Shown: positions 32,436-47,722 of the stretch, piece by piece
How positions within the stretch are numbered: the stretch's first letter is position 1
Layout: each line of letters begins with the position of its first letter
Source of the DNA: the human T2T-CHM13v2.0 reference genome, Homo sapiens
Reading direction: 5' to 3' (one strand)
Assembly (NCBI RefSeq): GCF_009914755.1
Contig: NC_060927.1
DNA: 64,000 nt
Notes under the pieces: generated by a model
What the model was told of the DNA's origin: nothing
What the model saw: the letters and a program-made list of their open reading frames with translations, nothing else
Databases searched by the model: none
Program-made: the position numbers and the translations under genes

Positions 32436-32590
32436 GCACTTTGGGCAAGTAACTAAACCTCTCTGAGCCCCAGTTTCTTCGTGGGTAATACAGGACTGTC
32501 ACCACATGCTTCCTGTGGTGTCTGTCAGGGCCATGTGGAACACACATTGAGCCCGGGGGTTGCCACACTGTGCTTACTCCTAAGTGTTAG
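32436..32590 (+). mobile_element. MIR
   Basis: TTGGGCAAGTAACTAAACCTCTCTGAGCCCCAGTTTC core. Confidence 0.65.
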
Positions 32591-34696
32591 CACCAAACCT
32601 CCTCCCAGTCCCCGAAATGCCTTCTCCCCACAGATCAGTTTTCACTCCTAAGCCAGCTTTTCCCTCCCTCCAAATCATCCCTATCCGTTCGAATTACACA
32701 GGAAGCTGGAAGCTGACAAGAGGGTTCTCGCAGAAGGGAAGGCCTCTGTGTTCACTAAGCAGGAAGAGAAAGAACGGATCTGCGCAGGCATACACGCAGA
32801 GCAGGGCTGCTGCAGCCAAACTAAGGGAGATGAAGAGCTATCCTCAGCCAGCTCACTCCCTACTGGCCCCATCTCACCCCAAAGCTTCACAGGAGACAAC
32901 TGCATCCCATCAGCATGAATAGACTTCTGAGGACAAACTGTACTCAGTACATTGTTCCAGACGCTGTGCTGCCAAGCCTGCACCCATGAATATTTCATAT
33001 AATAAATCTGCTTAAAGATAAATGAGTATGCTTCATGGAATAGACTTTATGCAGCAAGAGGCAAATCACAGACCCTGCAAGTGTGAATCAAAATACCCAG
33101 GCCTCCCAAAGACTAAAACAGGTTTGCAAACTAACCTTCCCAAGGATGGGCTGGCACCTGTCATACTCTGGGGTCCTTTGCCCAGACCAGGGGCTGATGC
33201 CTGGCAGTGCGGCAGGGGGCAGCAAAGCAAGAGTGAAGAGAGGAAATGAGAGGGATGGGGGAGAGAAAAGGCCACCCCTTCGACCTCCCCTCCTCCCTTT
33301 CAAGTCCCCCACCTCGAGAGCTGCAAGAAGAACATACAACCTGGGAAACCAGGAATATAAGATGACTTCCATACTGAAGGCAATTAGCCAATGAGAAGAC
33401 ACAAAACAATAGTTAATGCCAACCTGGAATATATGATTTTTAGGAATGTAGACAAAAAAGTCTGATCACGATTTGTAGGTTTTATTAATTTGTTTACATA
33501 CACATACTTAAAAATCCTGTTGACTATAAAATACTATTTCCCACACCCAGCTTACAAAATAATTTCTCTTCAAACCCTTCGTGTGCATCAACAGCAATGC
33601 CTTTATGAAGCCCAGAGTCAAGCTGAGCCACCCAGAGCACGTCCTCCTCACCAGCTGTTTAGGATGTGTTGGATACGGTTCCCTGTGAATTTATGTAGAA
33701 TGTTGGCATCAGAAATGTCACCCCAACCCACAAGAACCCATGTTCGTATCATGAGGGCAGTTGGGTGTTGTTTTTAATCACCTAATGACATTTCTCAAAG
33801 TAGGGTTCTTCACCGGCCTATAATCATATATTTGTAGCCATTCACTAACCTTCAGGAATATCCCACCCCAGGAATATCCTGCCCCAGAAATGATTAAATC
33901 TGTGTTAAATTTCTCTGCCTACTTTTATTTTTAATTACTTCTGCATCTAAATTCAGTAATGACTGAGCTTTCTTTTCAGGCAAAGGTGTCCTCAAACAGT
34001 ACTTTGTTGTTCAAACTAAAATATGTAACCGAGAAAGTGCTGTGTGATATAAAAGACCTTGGAAAGGCTCAACTCTTTCGAAAGGGACAGTGTAGGGAGG
34101 AGGGGAAAGAGGTGAAGCTTGCCTCATATTCTACCATGCACAGCAAACTCAACACTTGTGATGCAGGGAGGCTGAAGCATCCATCAGTCATGGCAGAGCC
34201 TGGTGCCAGGCAGAAGCAGGCGTCTTTGCCACCCAGCCCTGTGCTCGCTGGCACTGAGATGCCTGAGAGCCAGGCCACCGCTCCTCTAAACACTCCCTGG
34301 GGACATAAACTCAGGCCAAGCCTTTAGCTCCATTTGGTGGAGAAAACTAATTTTATCACTTGGCCGGCCCCACTGGGAGTCAGGTCGCAGCCACACTCCT
34401 GAGCCAAGAAGGCACGTGGCAAGGGCTGGCCCCACGCACGGAAAGATGCCAGGTTTCCCGGAAATCCCAAGGCCTGTTTGAAGAACAGCCACTCCTCTGG
34501 CCACAGACAGCAACGCCACAGGTCGGCCGGAGGCCAAGGGTTCACCCATCTCCTCCCCATGCGCCGCCAGAGACCATCCCCCAGCACAGCTATTGGAGGG
34601 AAGGTGGTGGCACAAAGCTCAGGCACACTCTACCCAAGTCCAGCAATCCTGGTGCCCCTGCCAATGCTGAATCCACCTCCTGAAGGAACCATAAAC

Positions 34697-34816
34697 TGGG
34701 GGACTGAGGCAGGAGGATCGCTTGAACCTGGGAGGCGGAGGTTGCAGTGAGCTGAGATTGTGCCACTGCACTCCTGCCTGGGCAACAGAGCAAGACTCCA
34801 TCTCAAATAAAAAAAA
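34697..34816 (+). mobile_element. Alu right-arm 3' fragment
   Basis: GAGGCAGGAGGATCGCTTGAACC...GACTCCATCTC plus A tail. Confidence 0.85.
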
Positions 34817-35519
34817 GAGTCACTAAAACGCTCCAAACCTATAGGTAGATCAAACACAATTCTGAACGGAAGAGGTCTTAATGTATCAGAAAAGTCACTA
34901 AGTAAAGACATCTGCCTCCCAATTGGAAATGGCCTCTCCCACTCTCCCACTCTCAGGCCTCGTCAAGCCTGGCAGAACACCAAGGCCGACCTGAAGAAGC
35001 AGGGCGGGTCTTTCAGGACCGACACCTACTTGGCACATTCCCAAGGAGGAGCTGTTCACACCTTCTTGAAGCAAGGGCAGGTGCCCTGTGATGTCTGGTA
35101 TCCATACACTTGGAGGACAAGCAAACAAAATGACAGGCTCTGAGGCTGGTGGTTGGGGACACAATAGACCCCACTATGGGCCCCACAGGATTTAAATTAG
35201 GGCACAGCTATTCTGTGTCCTGATTTTCATGTCTGAAATTGTATCAAACGTGTTTCCTTAAAGGAAGTTTTCCTGGAGCAACAGACAGATGATTGAGTGA
35301 TGGATGGGCAGAGCTACACTACCTATTGATCTCTCCCCAAGGCTTGTCAGCAATTCCAACAAGAACTGGAGGAAAAATGACTTTCTGGGAAAACAAAACA
35401 AAACATTGTTTTCCAATTAACCTGCACCAAGAATGTGAAGGCGCATTTCCAGAAGCGAAGAAAAATCTGCTAACGGACTAGGAGTCTTTCATTCCTACAC
35501 CCATGCCAGACACCTGAAC

Positions 35520-35990
35520 ACCCCAGGGCCTATGCACTGTCTACTCTGCTCAGAGAACCCTCCCCCAGAACCTTCTGCCTGAATCCTTCTAGCCATTCAG
35601 GTATCAGTTCAAACGTCACCTCCAGAGATTTTCCCTCACCAAAAAAGTAGCTACCACCCTCACCACCAACACACACACACATGCGCACAACACACACACA
35701 CATGCACACAACATACACAGACATGCACACAACACACACATGTACCCATCAGTCCTGGCTATTGCATGACCAGATTCATTTCCTCCATAATACTTATCAC
35801 CAGACATGTCATATTTTTCAGTGTTTAGTCACTTACTGCCCATCTCTCCCCAGCTCCCAGCCAGCCTGTAAGGCACCATGAGGGCGGGACCTTGTCTGTC
35901 GTATTCATTGCTGCATATCCAGCTCTTAGTCAAGTGCTTCCCATGCAGTGGAGGCTCTGTAAATGCTTGCTGCAGGTAGGAACGAGCAAA
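35520..35990 (+). mobile_element. L2 3' fragment containing a degenerate CA-rich repeat (35669-35740)
   Basis: CAAACGTCACCTCC and CCATGAGGGCGGGACCTTGTCTG motifs. Confidence 0.6.
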
Positions 35991-36299
35991 TAAAGGGGCA
36001 GAGAGGAGGGGCGATGGGACAACTGTTTCAGACACAGAATGTTGCCCCGTGGCCCCGCAGCACCTGGGAACTGAGCAGTTCCTTCTGACCCCAGCATCTC
36101 CCCCGGGCATGTCATGTGCTTCTCCATCCCAGCCCTCACCCAAAGAGAGAGATTTCTTCCACATAGGACTTACTCTAAACATTCCGGAGCACAGGCCTCC
36201 TTCTCACCTTTAACCTGCTAGACAGAAGACCCGGGCTACAATCACTCTCTTTGTCAGTAGGAGCTGTTGCCTCAATTTTACACCCAACCTGCAAACTAC

Positions 36300-37349
36300 T
36301 GATACGACTTTGATGACTGGAGCAACACCAGGGTTCTTGGTCTTGCGCCAACAGGATCAATGACATGGACACATGAGGAGTGGTTTTAAGGAGCGAAAAG
36401 TTTAATAGGCAAGAAAGAAGGAAGAAAGAAGGGAACAGCTCACCCGTACAGAGACAAGGGATAGGGTTTGGAACAAGGAGAAACAAAGTGCAGTGGAAAA
36501 GCGGGGGTTCACATGGGAGGCTGGAGGAGGTGGGGTCTGATCTGCATAGGGCCCAGGGAATTGATTTGTCCAGGTATGTTATTTACACAGCCCGCAGAAA
36601 AACCTGGCCCTCCCACCTTAGCCCTTTTAATATGCAAATGTAGGGTGCCATGATGTTCTGAACACAAGGTGTTATCTGGAGGTGGCCATAACACTTGCTA
36701 CACCCAGTGACAAGAACAGGGTGGGAATCGCCATGTTGAGTGAACCCAGTTTCTAATGGCTGGCATTCGCATATCAAAGCTTGCTGGCCCAGCCCTTCAA
36801 GACGCCTTTTCTGTTAGAAAAGAGATGGTTCGGCAACCCAAATGCCCATCAATGATAGACTGGATTAAGAAAATGTGGCACATATACACCATGGAATACT
36901 ATGCAGACACAAAAAAGGATGAGTTCACGTCCTTTGTAGGGACATGGATGACACTGGAAACCATCACTCTCAGCAAACTATCGCAAGGACAGAAAACCAA
37001 ACACCACATGTTCTCACTCATAGGTGGGAACTGAACAATGAGAACACTTGGACACAGCAAGGGGAACATCACACACCAGGGCCTGTCGTGGGGTGGGGGG
37101 AAGGGGGAAGGATAGCATTAGGAGATACACGTAATGTAAATGACGAGTTAATGGGTGCAGCACACCATCATGGCACATGTATACATATGTAACAAACCTG
37201 CACGTTGTACACATGTACCCTAGAACTCAAAGTATAATAAAAAAAAAAAGAGATGGTTCGGGGGTTGTTTCTTATTATAAGAAAATTTCCACCGAGAACC
37301 TTTACCTTAACTGTCTGCCTAAAAGTTATTCTTAATAACTTCTCTATTA
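36300..37349 (-). mobile_element. ERV1-class solo LTR (LTR9/MER83-like; subfamily uncertain) with nested L1
   Basis: 4-bp TSD CTAC at 36296-36299 and 37350-37353; minus-strand start with ...TTTAGGCAGA...; octamer ATGCAAAT at 36632. Confidence 0.7.
36834..37245 (+). mobile_element. 5'-truncated L1PA (PA4-PA6-like) 3' end nested in the LTR
   Basis: ORF2 tail [15 protein letters not shown]...SLIGGN, 3'UTR and poly(A); perfect 16-bp TSD AAAAGAGATGGTTCGG at 36818-36833 and 37246-37261. Confidence 0.95.
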
Positions 37350-38204
37350 CTACTTCAGAATAGCCATGCCCGAATCTAAAATTTATGTCTGAAATTATAT
37401 CAAAGGTGTTTCCTTAAATGAGGTTTTCCTGGAGTGACAGACAGATAATTGAGTGATAGACGGGTAGAGCCACAGGTCTATTGATCTCTCTTTTCTTAGT
37501 CACTAACATGTCCTGAAGACACTATCAGTGGCTGCCTGTTGCCCCCACCAATAACTTGAGCTCACTTTGAAAACAAAGGTCTGCAAGGGTAAGTGGTAAA
37601 TGCTCTGAATTTGGTTAGCTTTAAATGGAAAAGGTAACAGTCATAATGGACGTGCAGTTTTTACAAGGAAAGAAAAAGACAGAACCACAGGCTGGGCCCC
37701 TCCCTCATGTGACGATTATCGCTTCTGCAGGATGTCCTGGATGGACTAGTAATTGAATTTTGTCAGGCAGCACCACAAACAGCTGAGAGGGGAAAAGCAG
37801 CCTGCCCAGCTAATTTCTAAAGCCATGTCCAATATCCATTCTCACAACCTACTTTACTGACAGTTCAAAAGTGACAGCCCCTCCTCCCCACGCTGTCCTC
37901 ACTGCACGACGTCCAATCGTTACCTCCTCACCCTCATCTCCACCTCGTGCTTACTGAACCATCACTAGTTTCTAGGTAACCAGACCTGCAATGAACGTTC
38001 TAGGACTCCTGCAAGATTGCCATTGTGTCAGCAGAGATGGGCCCTATTCCAGTCATCCAAAACCTTGATATGACCAGGGCAGGGTAGGAGCAAATGTAAC
38101 ACAAAGACACCGGCCCACTGGACAGCAGGTGATGAAACGTCACATGTCAACAGGACGGCGTGTCTCCAGCAAGCCTGCAAGCTTCACCCTCGCTGCAAGG
38201 AGGG

Positions 38205-38673
<469 letters not shown>

Positions 38674-38701
38674 TTAAAAATTTTTAAACTTTAGATCATT
38701 A

Positions 38702-39435
<734 letters not shown>

Positions 39436-39499
39436 TGAGCGGCAGCTGAAGGAACTACGGGTGTTTGCCTCACGTGGGAGTGGGAAGAGGCAGAGAGGA

Positions 39500-39916
39500 T
39501 GATATGTGTGTCTCCTCCAAATCTCATGTTGGAGTGTGATTCGCAACGCCGGACTGGGGCCTGGTGGGAGGTACGGAATCATGGGGGCGGGTCCTTCATG
39601 AATGGTTAGCACCATCTCCTTGGATGTGAGTTAGCTCTCGCTCAGGCGGTTCACGGCAGATCTGGTTGTAGAAAGAAGTGTGTGGCACCTCCACCCGCCT
39701 CCACTCTCTCCTGCCCCTGCTCTCACCCTGTGATGTGCCTGCTTCCCCATCACCTTCCGCCATGACCGGAAGCTTCCTAAGGCCTCCCGCAGAAGCAGGC
39801 GCTGGCACCACCCTTCTCTACAGCCTGCAGAACCATGAGCCAATTACACCTCTTTTTAAAATAAATTACACAATCTCGGATATCTCTTTATAGCAACGCA
39901 AAAATGGTCTAATACA
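39500..39916 (+). mobile_element. MSTB-like MaLR solo LTR
   Basis: TGATATG..CCAAATCTCATGTTG...GGTCTAATACA; TSD GAGGA/GAAGA. Confidence 0.8.
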
Positions 39917-41568
39917 GAAGACAACACAACCACACACACACCTGCTGATTTATTCTCTTCGCCTCCTTCTCCATCTAGCACACTGGTGTTTACACCAGGT
40001 TTTTTCTTGCCTGTAATGAAGGGAGGATAAATGGCTAAAATAAACCCCTTCTCTCTTTCAAAATCTCAATTTGCTTTTGACTCAGGCGCTCCTAACAGAG
40101 CAACAATCAAGCATCGGTCCCCAGGAAGACAAGGCTGTCACGACTGGAAGAAAGAAGACCTGCGCAAAGGATCCAGTGCCCTCTCTGTGCCAAGTGTGGC
40201 CAGACCTGTTCTTCTTCCCCTCACCCTGCTCGTGTCTTCCTCACCTCCAATGGCAAGAGGGTCTTTGGCAAGCAGATACAGAGACGAAGACCGTGTAAGC
40301 ACAGCAATACACAGTGTGTCTGTCTTGTAGGTACGGCACCTTGTGGACCTTCAAACACACGGGCCTTCCAGATGAATTTCCAGGATGACCATGAGGAACT
40401 ATGGCAAACCAGCAGGATGGAGCCATGTCCCTGGAGGGAGAGCAAGACTCAGGGGAAAAATGAGAGGAATGAGCAGTGAGCAGAGGCAGAGGGGGTGAGC
40501 CCCGGACACTCCTCCAGGCTGATGAGGAATAAACCACAAGGCAGCTCCAAAGGAGAGGCGGGGGTGAGCAGGGGTCTGTGCTATCCTCTGGACTCTCTGT
40601 GTGTTCATGACCAGCCAACAGTGATGTTACAATGTGGCCACATGGCCTTCCAGACACCGTGACACAGGCTGAGGGGTTCCACAAGCATAAATCCAGGATT
40701 TCTTTAACACGGTCTATCCAGCCCCCACAGCCACAGCCAGAGAGCCAGTCCCAGACTCCCGGCGCCACTCGCCACCTGCCGCTCCAGCCTCCTGGTCCCA
40801 ATTTCTGTCTCTCCACAGAGAAACATTACAAATGCACGGAGTCACTCACCATCTGTTTTTGGCACTCACTAAAGAATACTCTGAGTGAACTTTTTTGAAA
40901 TAATCCTTGCACAGTGGGTAGAAGCATTCCCTAATTCACCTTTTCTATAAATCATGTTTTGCTTTTTGACATTTAATACTAAATTTTCCGGACAGTAGAA
41001 GCCGTTTTTCTACAAAATAATGTGTTCCACCCCAAAAAGGAGGGGAAGAGGTATGGCAGCGAGGGAAAGACAAGAAGGAGGTGAGATGGGAGAAGAGGGC
41101 GAACGGCCGTTCCAGGATTTCACTGTGAAATCTGAGGGTGGTCGGTCACAGTCCACGTATTCACCAAGCCGAGCGGTGGGAGGGCCGTGAAGGCTTCTTA
41201 GCCAGATTCCTCGATTTGTCCTTTTTTCGTGTGGGAACCATCCCATGACCTATGACCTCCAAAGAACACTGCAGTTTTACCATGAGTAACACCCAAAGGA
41301 GGCACTGAGCCAGATTCTGTCCCGCAGGCAGGAAGGTGGCCTGGGCCGGGAGGCTCGTCCCCATCTTCCGCACTTCACCCTCGTGCACAGCTTCCTCTAG
41401 GGGCCGGCCTCTCTTGAAACTGGCATTGAGCCCCAGTTCCGAATGGCCCCCCACCTCCTTCCTGGCTCTCTGGGTTGGGGACACAGCTGGAGCCCAAGGG
41501 GGAGAGCCATGATCCCCAGACAGCCCTGCCAGGCTCGAACCCTCCGACCCCAGGGCAGGCTCAGCTGC

Positions 41569-41922
41569 TGTATTAGCCTGTTCTCACACTGCTGTAAAGA
41601 AGGACCCAAGACTTGGTGATTTATAAGGAAAAGAGGTTTGATGGACTCACAGTTCTGCCTGGCTGGGGAGGCCTCAGGAAACACACAATCACGGCGGAAG
41701 GGACACATCTCACCATAGTGCAGCAGGACAGAGAGAGAGAAGGGGGAAGCGCTACACACTTTCAAACAGCAGATCTCCTGAGAGCTCACTGACTCTCACG
41801 AGAAGAGCAGGGAGGAAGTCCCGCCCCTGTGGTCCAATCACCTCCCACCAGGCCCTTCCTCTGACACGTGGGGATTACAATTTGAGGTGAGATTTGGGTG
41901 GAGACACAGCCAAACCTTATCA
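41569..41922 (-). mobile_element. MSTA-like MaLR solo LTR
   Basis: TGTATTAGCCTGTTCTCACACTGCT...GAGATTTGGGTGG..CAAACCTTATCA. Confidence 0.85.
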
Positions 41923-42166
41923 GCCACTTTCCAAGGCTGCCTGCTCTCCTGGGTTTCACAAAGCCGCTCATCCAGTGCTCGCTGAGATTGGTACACACAC
42001 ATCCAGAGGGGTGCAAAAGGGCGTCCTGTGGGCACACGGACCAACCACTTAGATACTTACAGGCTTATACTGTTGTGCAAAGTACTAAGAAGAAAGCTTT
42101 AGAACTTTGACTTCAACAGATACTACCTCAGGAGGGGCTAAGGAGAAAAGAAGAAGAAAAAGGAGT

Positions 42167-42879
<713 letters not shown>

Positions 42880-43719
42880 GGAGCCAAATTAAAATATACG
42901 TTAAGTAGGTAATACTGCAGACAGCTCTAGGGCACTGGGAAAATGCAGGAAGGAAACATGCAGACGGAATTGTAGATGCCCTATTCACATCCATCGCCTC
43001 CTTTTGTGGGTGAGACACTGTTTAAAAGGCCAAGTGCGGCACCAGCAGCCAGGGGGAGTTCAACACGCTGATTTCCCCGCCTGACGTCAGAACCTACTCA
43101 CCTAATTCACCTAATGTCTCATCTAAAGCCTCTAACTAAATCCCTTCCTGTAACTTCAAAAGGTTACACCCACCAGGCGATGTTCAGGATCTGGCACTTC
43201 TCTAAGCAGCACCATGCTGTATAAAACAGGCATAGGGCTCACATCAGGCATACGGCTCACATCAGCACACAATGGCCACGCGGCTCACACCAGGCGCATG
43301 GCACGTGACAGGCACATGGCACACTGGCACCTGCTCTTCATGGGATCACAAAGAAAGGAAACATGTCAGGCAGCAACGTAGATGGACATGAGCTCATCTC
43401 ATCCTCACCATAACCATGCCCCGTGGAAAGGAGGCAGTCGTGGCCAGAGAGGGGAAGGTCCCTGCCCAGGGTGACTAGGTCGATGGCCAAAGCCCAGATT
43501 TCAGCCCACGTCTCGCCGATTCCAGAACACACTCAACCTTTCAGGCACAAGGGTTGCCCTCGCTTCACTTGTCCTATTTGACTCCTTCATTAAGGGGCAC
43601 AGCTCCCACTGAGCCTGCTCACTACAAACCCAAGCGCTGTCAAAAGAGGTAAACGTGTGGTCTGTAGCCCTCTTGATGTCACATACTTCAAGTCCACGCA
43701 TAAATAAACTCTAGTGGAG

Positions 43720-44780
<1,061 letters not shown>

Positions 44781-45839
44781 GCTTCAGATAGCAGCAATAC
44801 TGGACGGGGTTACATGGATCTTAAAAATGCTCATCTCAAAGCAGCACTCGTTTGCCTCTGGCTTTTGTGAATGACCCACAAGGACCAACCTAGGCTTCCC
44901 TCTGTCGGCATAAATGTGCACTGGCCAGACGGCCCTGGGATCTGAGGACTCCCTCAAGCTACATGAAAGCACAGACCATCTCACTGAGCACAGCTGCAGG
45001 AAGGAGACAGCCAAGTCATCCTCGCACGAGGCCCCTGCTGCCCCGCGGGCAGGTCCCCCACCTCCACCCCACCTGCTGGCTCCCCAAGGCTCAAGCCTAG
45101 CAGACCATGGTTAGGAAAAGCAGAGACCACTTGCTAACTGCAAAAATCAAGTGGATGACCAATATGGGTAGAGCCAAGCGGTCACCCAAATCACTCATGT
45201 GACCCCATGTGTTTCTGACAGGGAAGGCGGGGCCCAGCCAGGTGGAAAGGGGCTATCCACAGGTTAGGCAGCAGGTCCCTATAGGAGCCAGCCCAGAAGC
45301 CAGGCCCCCGGCCCTTCTCATACAGCCCTGCACCTGCCCATGAAGGGAGTGAGGCCAGGACAGACGCCTGTGAAGCTGCGCTGAGCACCGGGTCCAGACT
45401 TCAGTGAGGGGCTGCTCCGCCTGCAGCTGGAGGCACCCTCCTCTCTACCCTCCACAGAGACTCTGAACGCTCTCGGAAGGTTGGCCCCAGTGTCTGCACA
45501 GCCAGGAAGTCTGAGGTGGCACAAAGGAGCCACGCAGGTCTGCTCTCAAAGTTTCCCTCCTATCCTATTTCCAAAGTTGCCCCCAAGCCTCTACTACCTC
45601 CTGCCTCAAAGGCAGCAAGACCCACACCAATAAAAGGGAGTCTCCGCCAAGTGCTCAAGAGAACATGGAATGGGAAGGGGAACAGCCACCTGGAGGGGAG
45701 CTCACCAGGGTCCTGCAAAGCAGAAGATGCACACACCCCAGGACCCAGCAGCCCCTTCCAGGCGTGACCCTGGAGAGCCTCAAGCACATTGTTCGCCTGG
45801 GTGTTCACAGTAGTGGGAGTGACAAAACAGGGGAACCAC

Positions 45840-46350
45840 CCGGCCATCTCTCAGAAGGCAAATGAGTAAACGGAGGTCCACCCACAATAAAATACTACAC
45901 AGCAATTAAAATGACAGGGCAAGACTTCCATGTATCAGCAAAGATAAATCTCAAAATCATAAGGCTATGAAATCTCATACTCACAATGAAATGTCAAATG
46001 GATATATGAGACTGTTTACATAACTGCTGAAAACATACAAAGCAGTAATACATATATATTTTATGCATACATATGTGGTAAAAATTAAAAACATACAAAT
46101 TGCACAAAACACCAACTTCTTATTTGTGACAGTAAATACCTCTGGAGGGAGTAGGATGGAGAAGAAATAGAGTGAGCTTTAGCTACGTCTATAATATTTT
46201 ATTTCCTTAAAAAAAGAATCTTAAGCAAATAGAGAAAAATGTTAGCACCTATTTAACTTACACAGTAGAAACAAAGATATCTGTTACTTTTTTTGTTTTC
46301 ATTTTTCTGTTTTGGCTTATTTTAGAATTAAAATTTTTTAACATCTAAAA
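45840..46350 (+). mobile_element. Ancient L1ME-type 3' fragment
   Basis: AT-rich; AATACTACACAGCAATTAAAATGA..GATAAATCTCAAAA motifs. Confidence 0.5.
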
Positions 46351-46570
46351 AATATATCGTGAGAGGCAAAAAGCGGGGCTGTGTAATATAAATTAGCAGG
46401 AAAAATTCTTTATAATGAAGAGGCAAGAGAGTGGGCACTGAGGAGCAGCCCTGATAGACCTGATCTTCACATGTGTTAATTTGTGGGAACAGGACCACAT
46501 AGGACTGGGAAGTGTTTCTTGTGGAGAATCAAGGAAGGTTCCTGGGAACAATTCAAAAGAAGAAAAAAAA

Positions 46571-46571
<1 letters not shown>

Positions 46572-46637
<66 letters not shown>
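46572..46637. repeat. Compound microsatellite (CA)21(GA)12
   Basis: Read directly. Confidence 0.97.
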
Positions 46638-47352
46638 TTCACTGTGGTGTTATTTATTGTGTGAAAAAAACAGAAACTCACAGCTCAGGTTACAAAAGAA
46701 ATATGACTATAACGTATGCTACAGTGATATGAACAATAAGCTGGAGACAGGGCAGGGGCGGCGAGGCGGGGAGGCGTTTATGGCATACGCCACCGCAGGT
46801 GGGTCCCCTATTCAGTAACGTGAGTAGAGAACAAAATTCCCCTGCTCTATCCAAATTAGGCCTGCAAGAAACAAGGGCTCAAGGGAACGTGGGAAAATGA
46901 AGACGGTTTGTTGAATGAGATTTACAGCTTTCCACTACCTGGAGAAGCAAGTCACAAAGGGCTCTCCGTGGAGCCCAGGCACTGCACCCCAGCTGCCCGC
47001 TTTTCTCCAAGCACTTTCTCCTGCCCTTTTCTTGGACCCTCCCTCTCCCCGGGGCCCAGGGAAGGCTGCCCTAAGCACTGACTCCTCTCCTGGGGCAGTG
47101 AGATTTCCCTCTCATATTTCCAGGCTGGAACAAATCCCCCAAAGACTCCCGTAAATCAGGTCCAGATGCTGCACATGTCACAGAAAAAGGCTGAGAAGTC
47201 AACAGCTCCAGAAATCAGGAGGCGAAGCGGCAAGATCCCGTTTCATTTCCCAAGGCCCCTGCTTAAGACACAGCCTTAAGCAAAAGACACGTTTTCATTT
47301 TGCATTTGCCTTAAAATGTCTCCCAACTCTCTGAGAGCCACATCAGTTCTAA

Positions 47353-47722
<370 letters not shown>

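Noticed and set aside
43228-43335. Short degenerate tandem repeats (AGGCATA(G/C)GGCTCACATC x2)
   Set aside because: Small slippage duplication with no sign of function.
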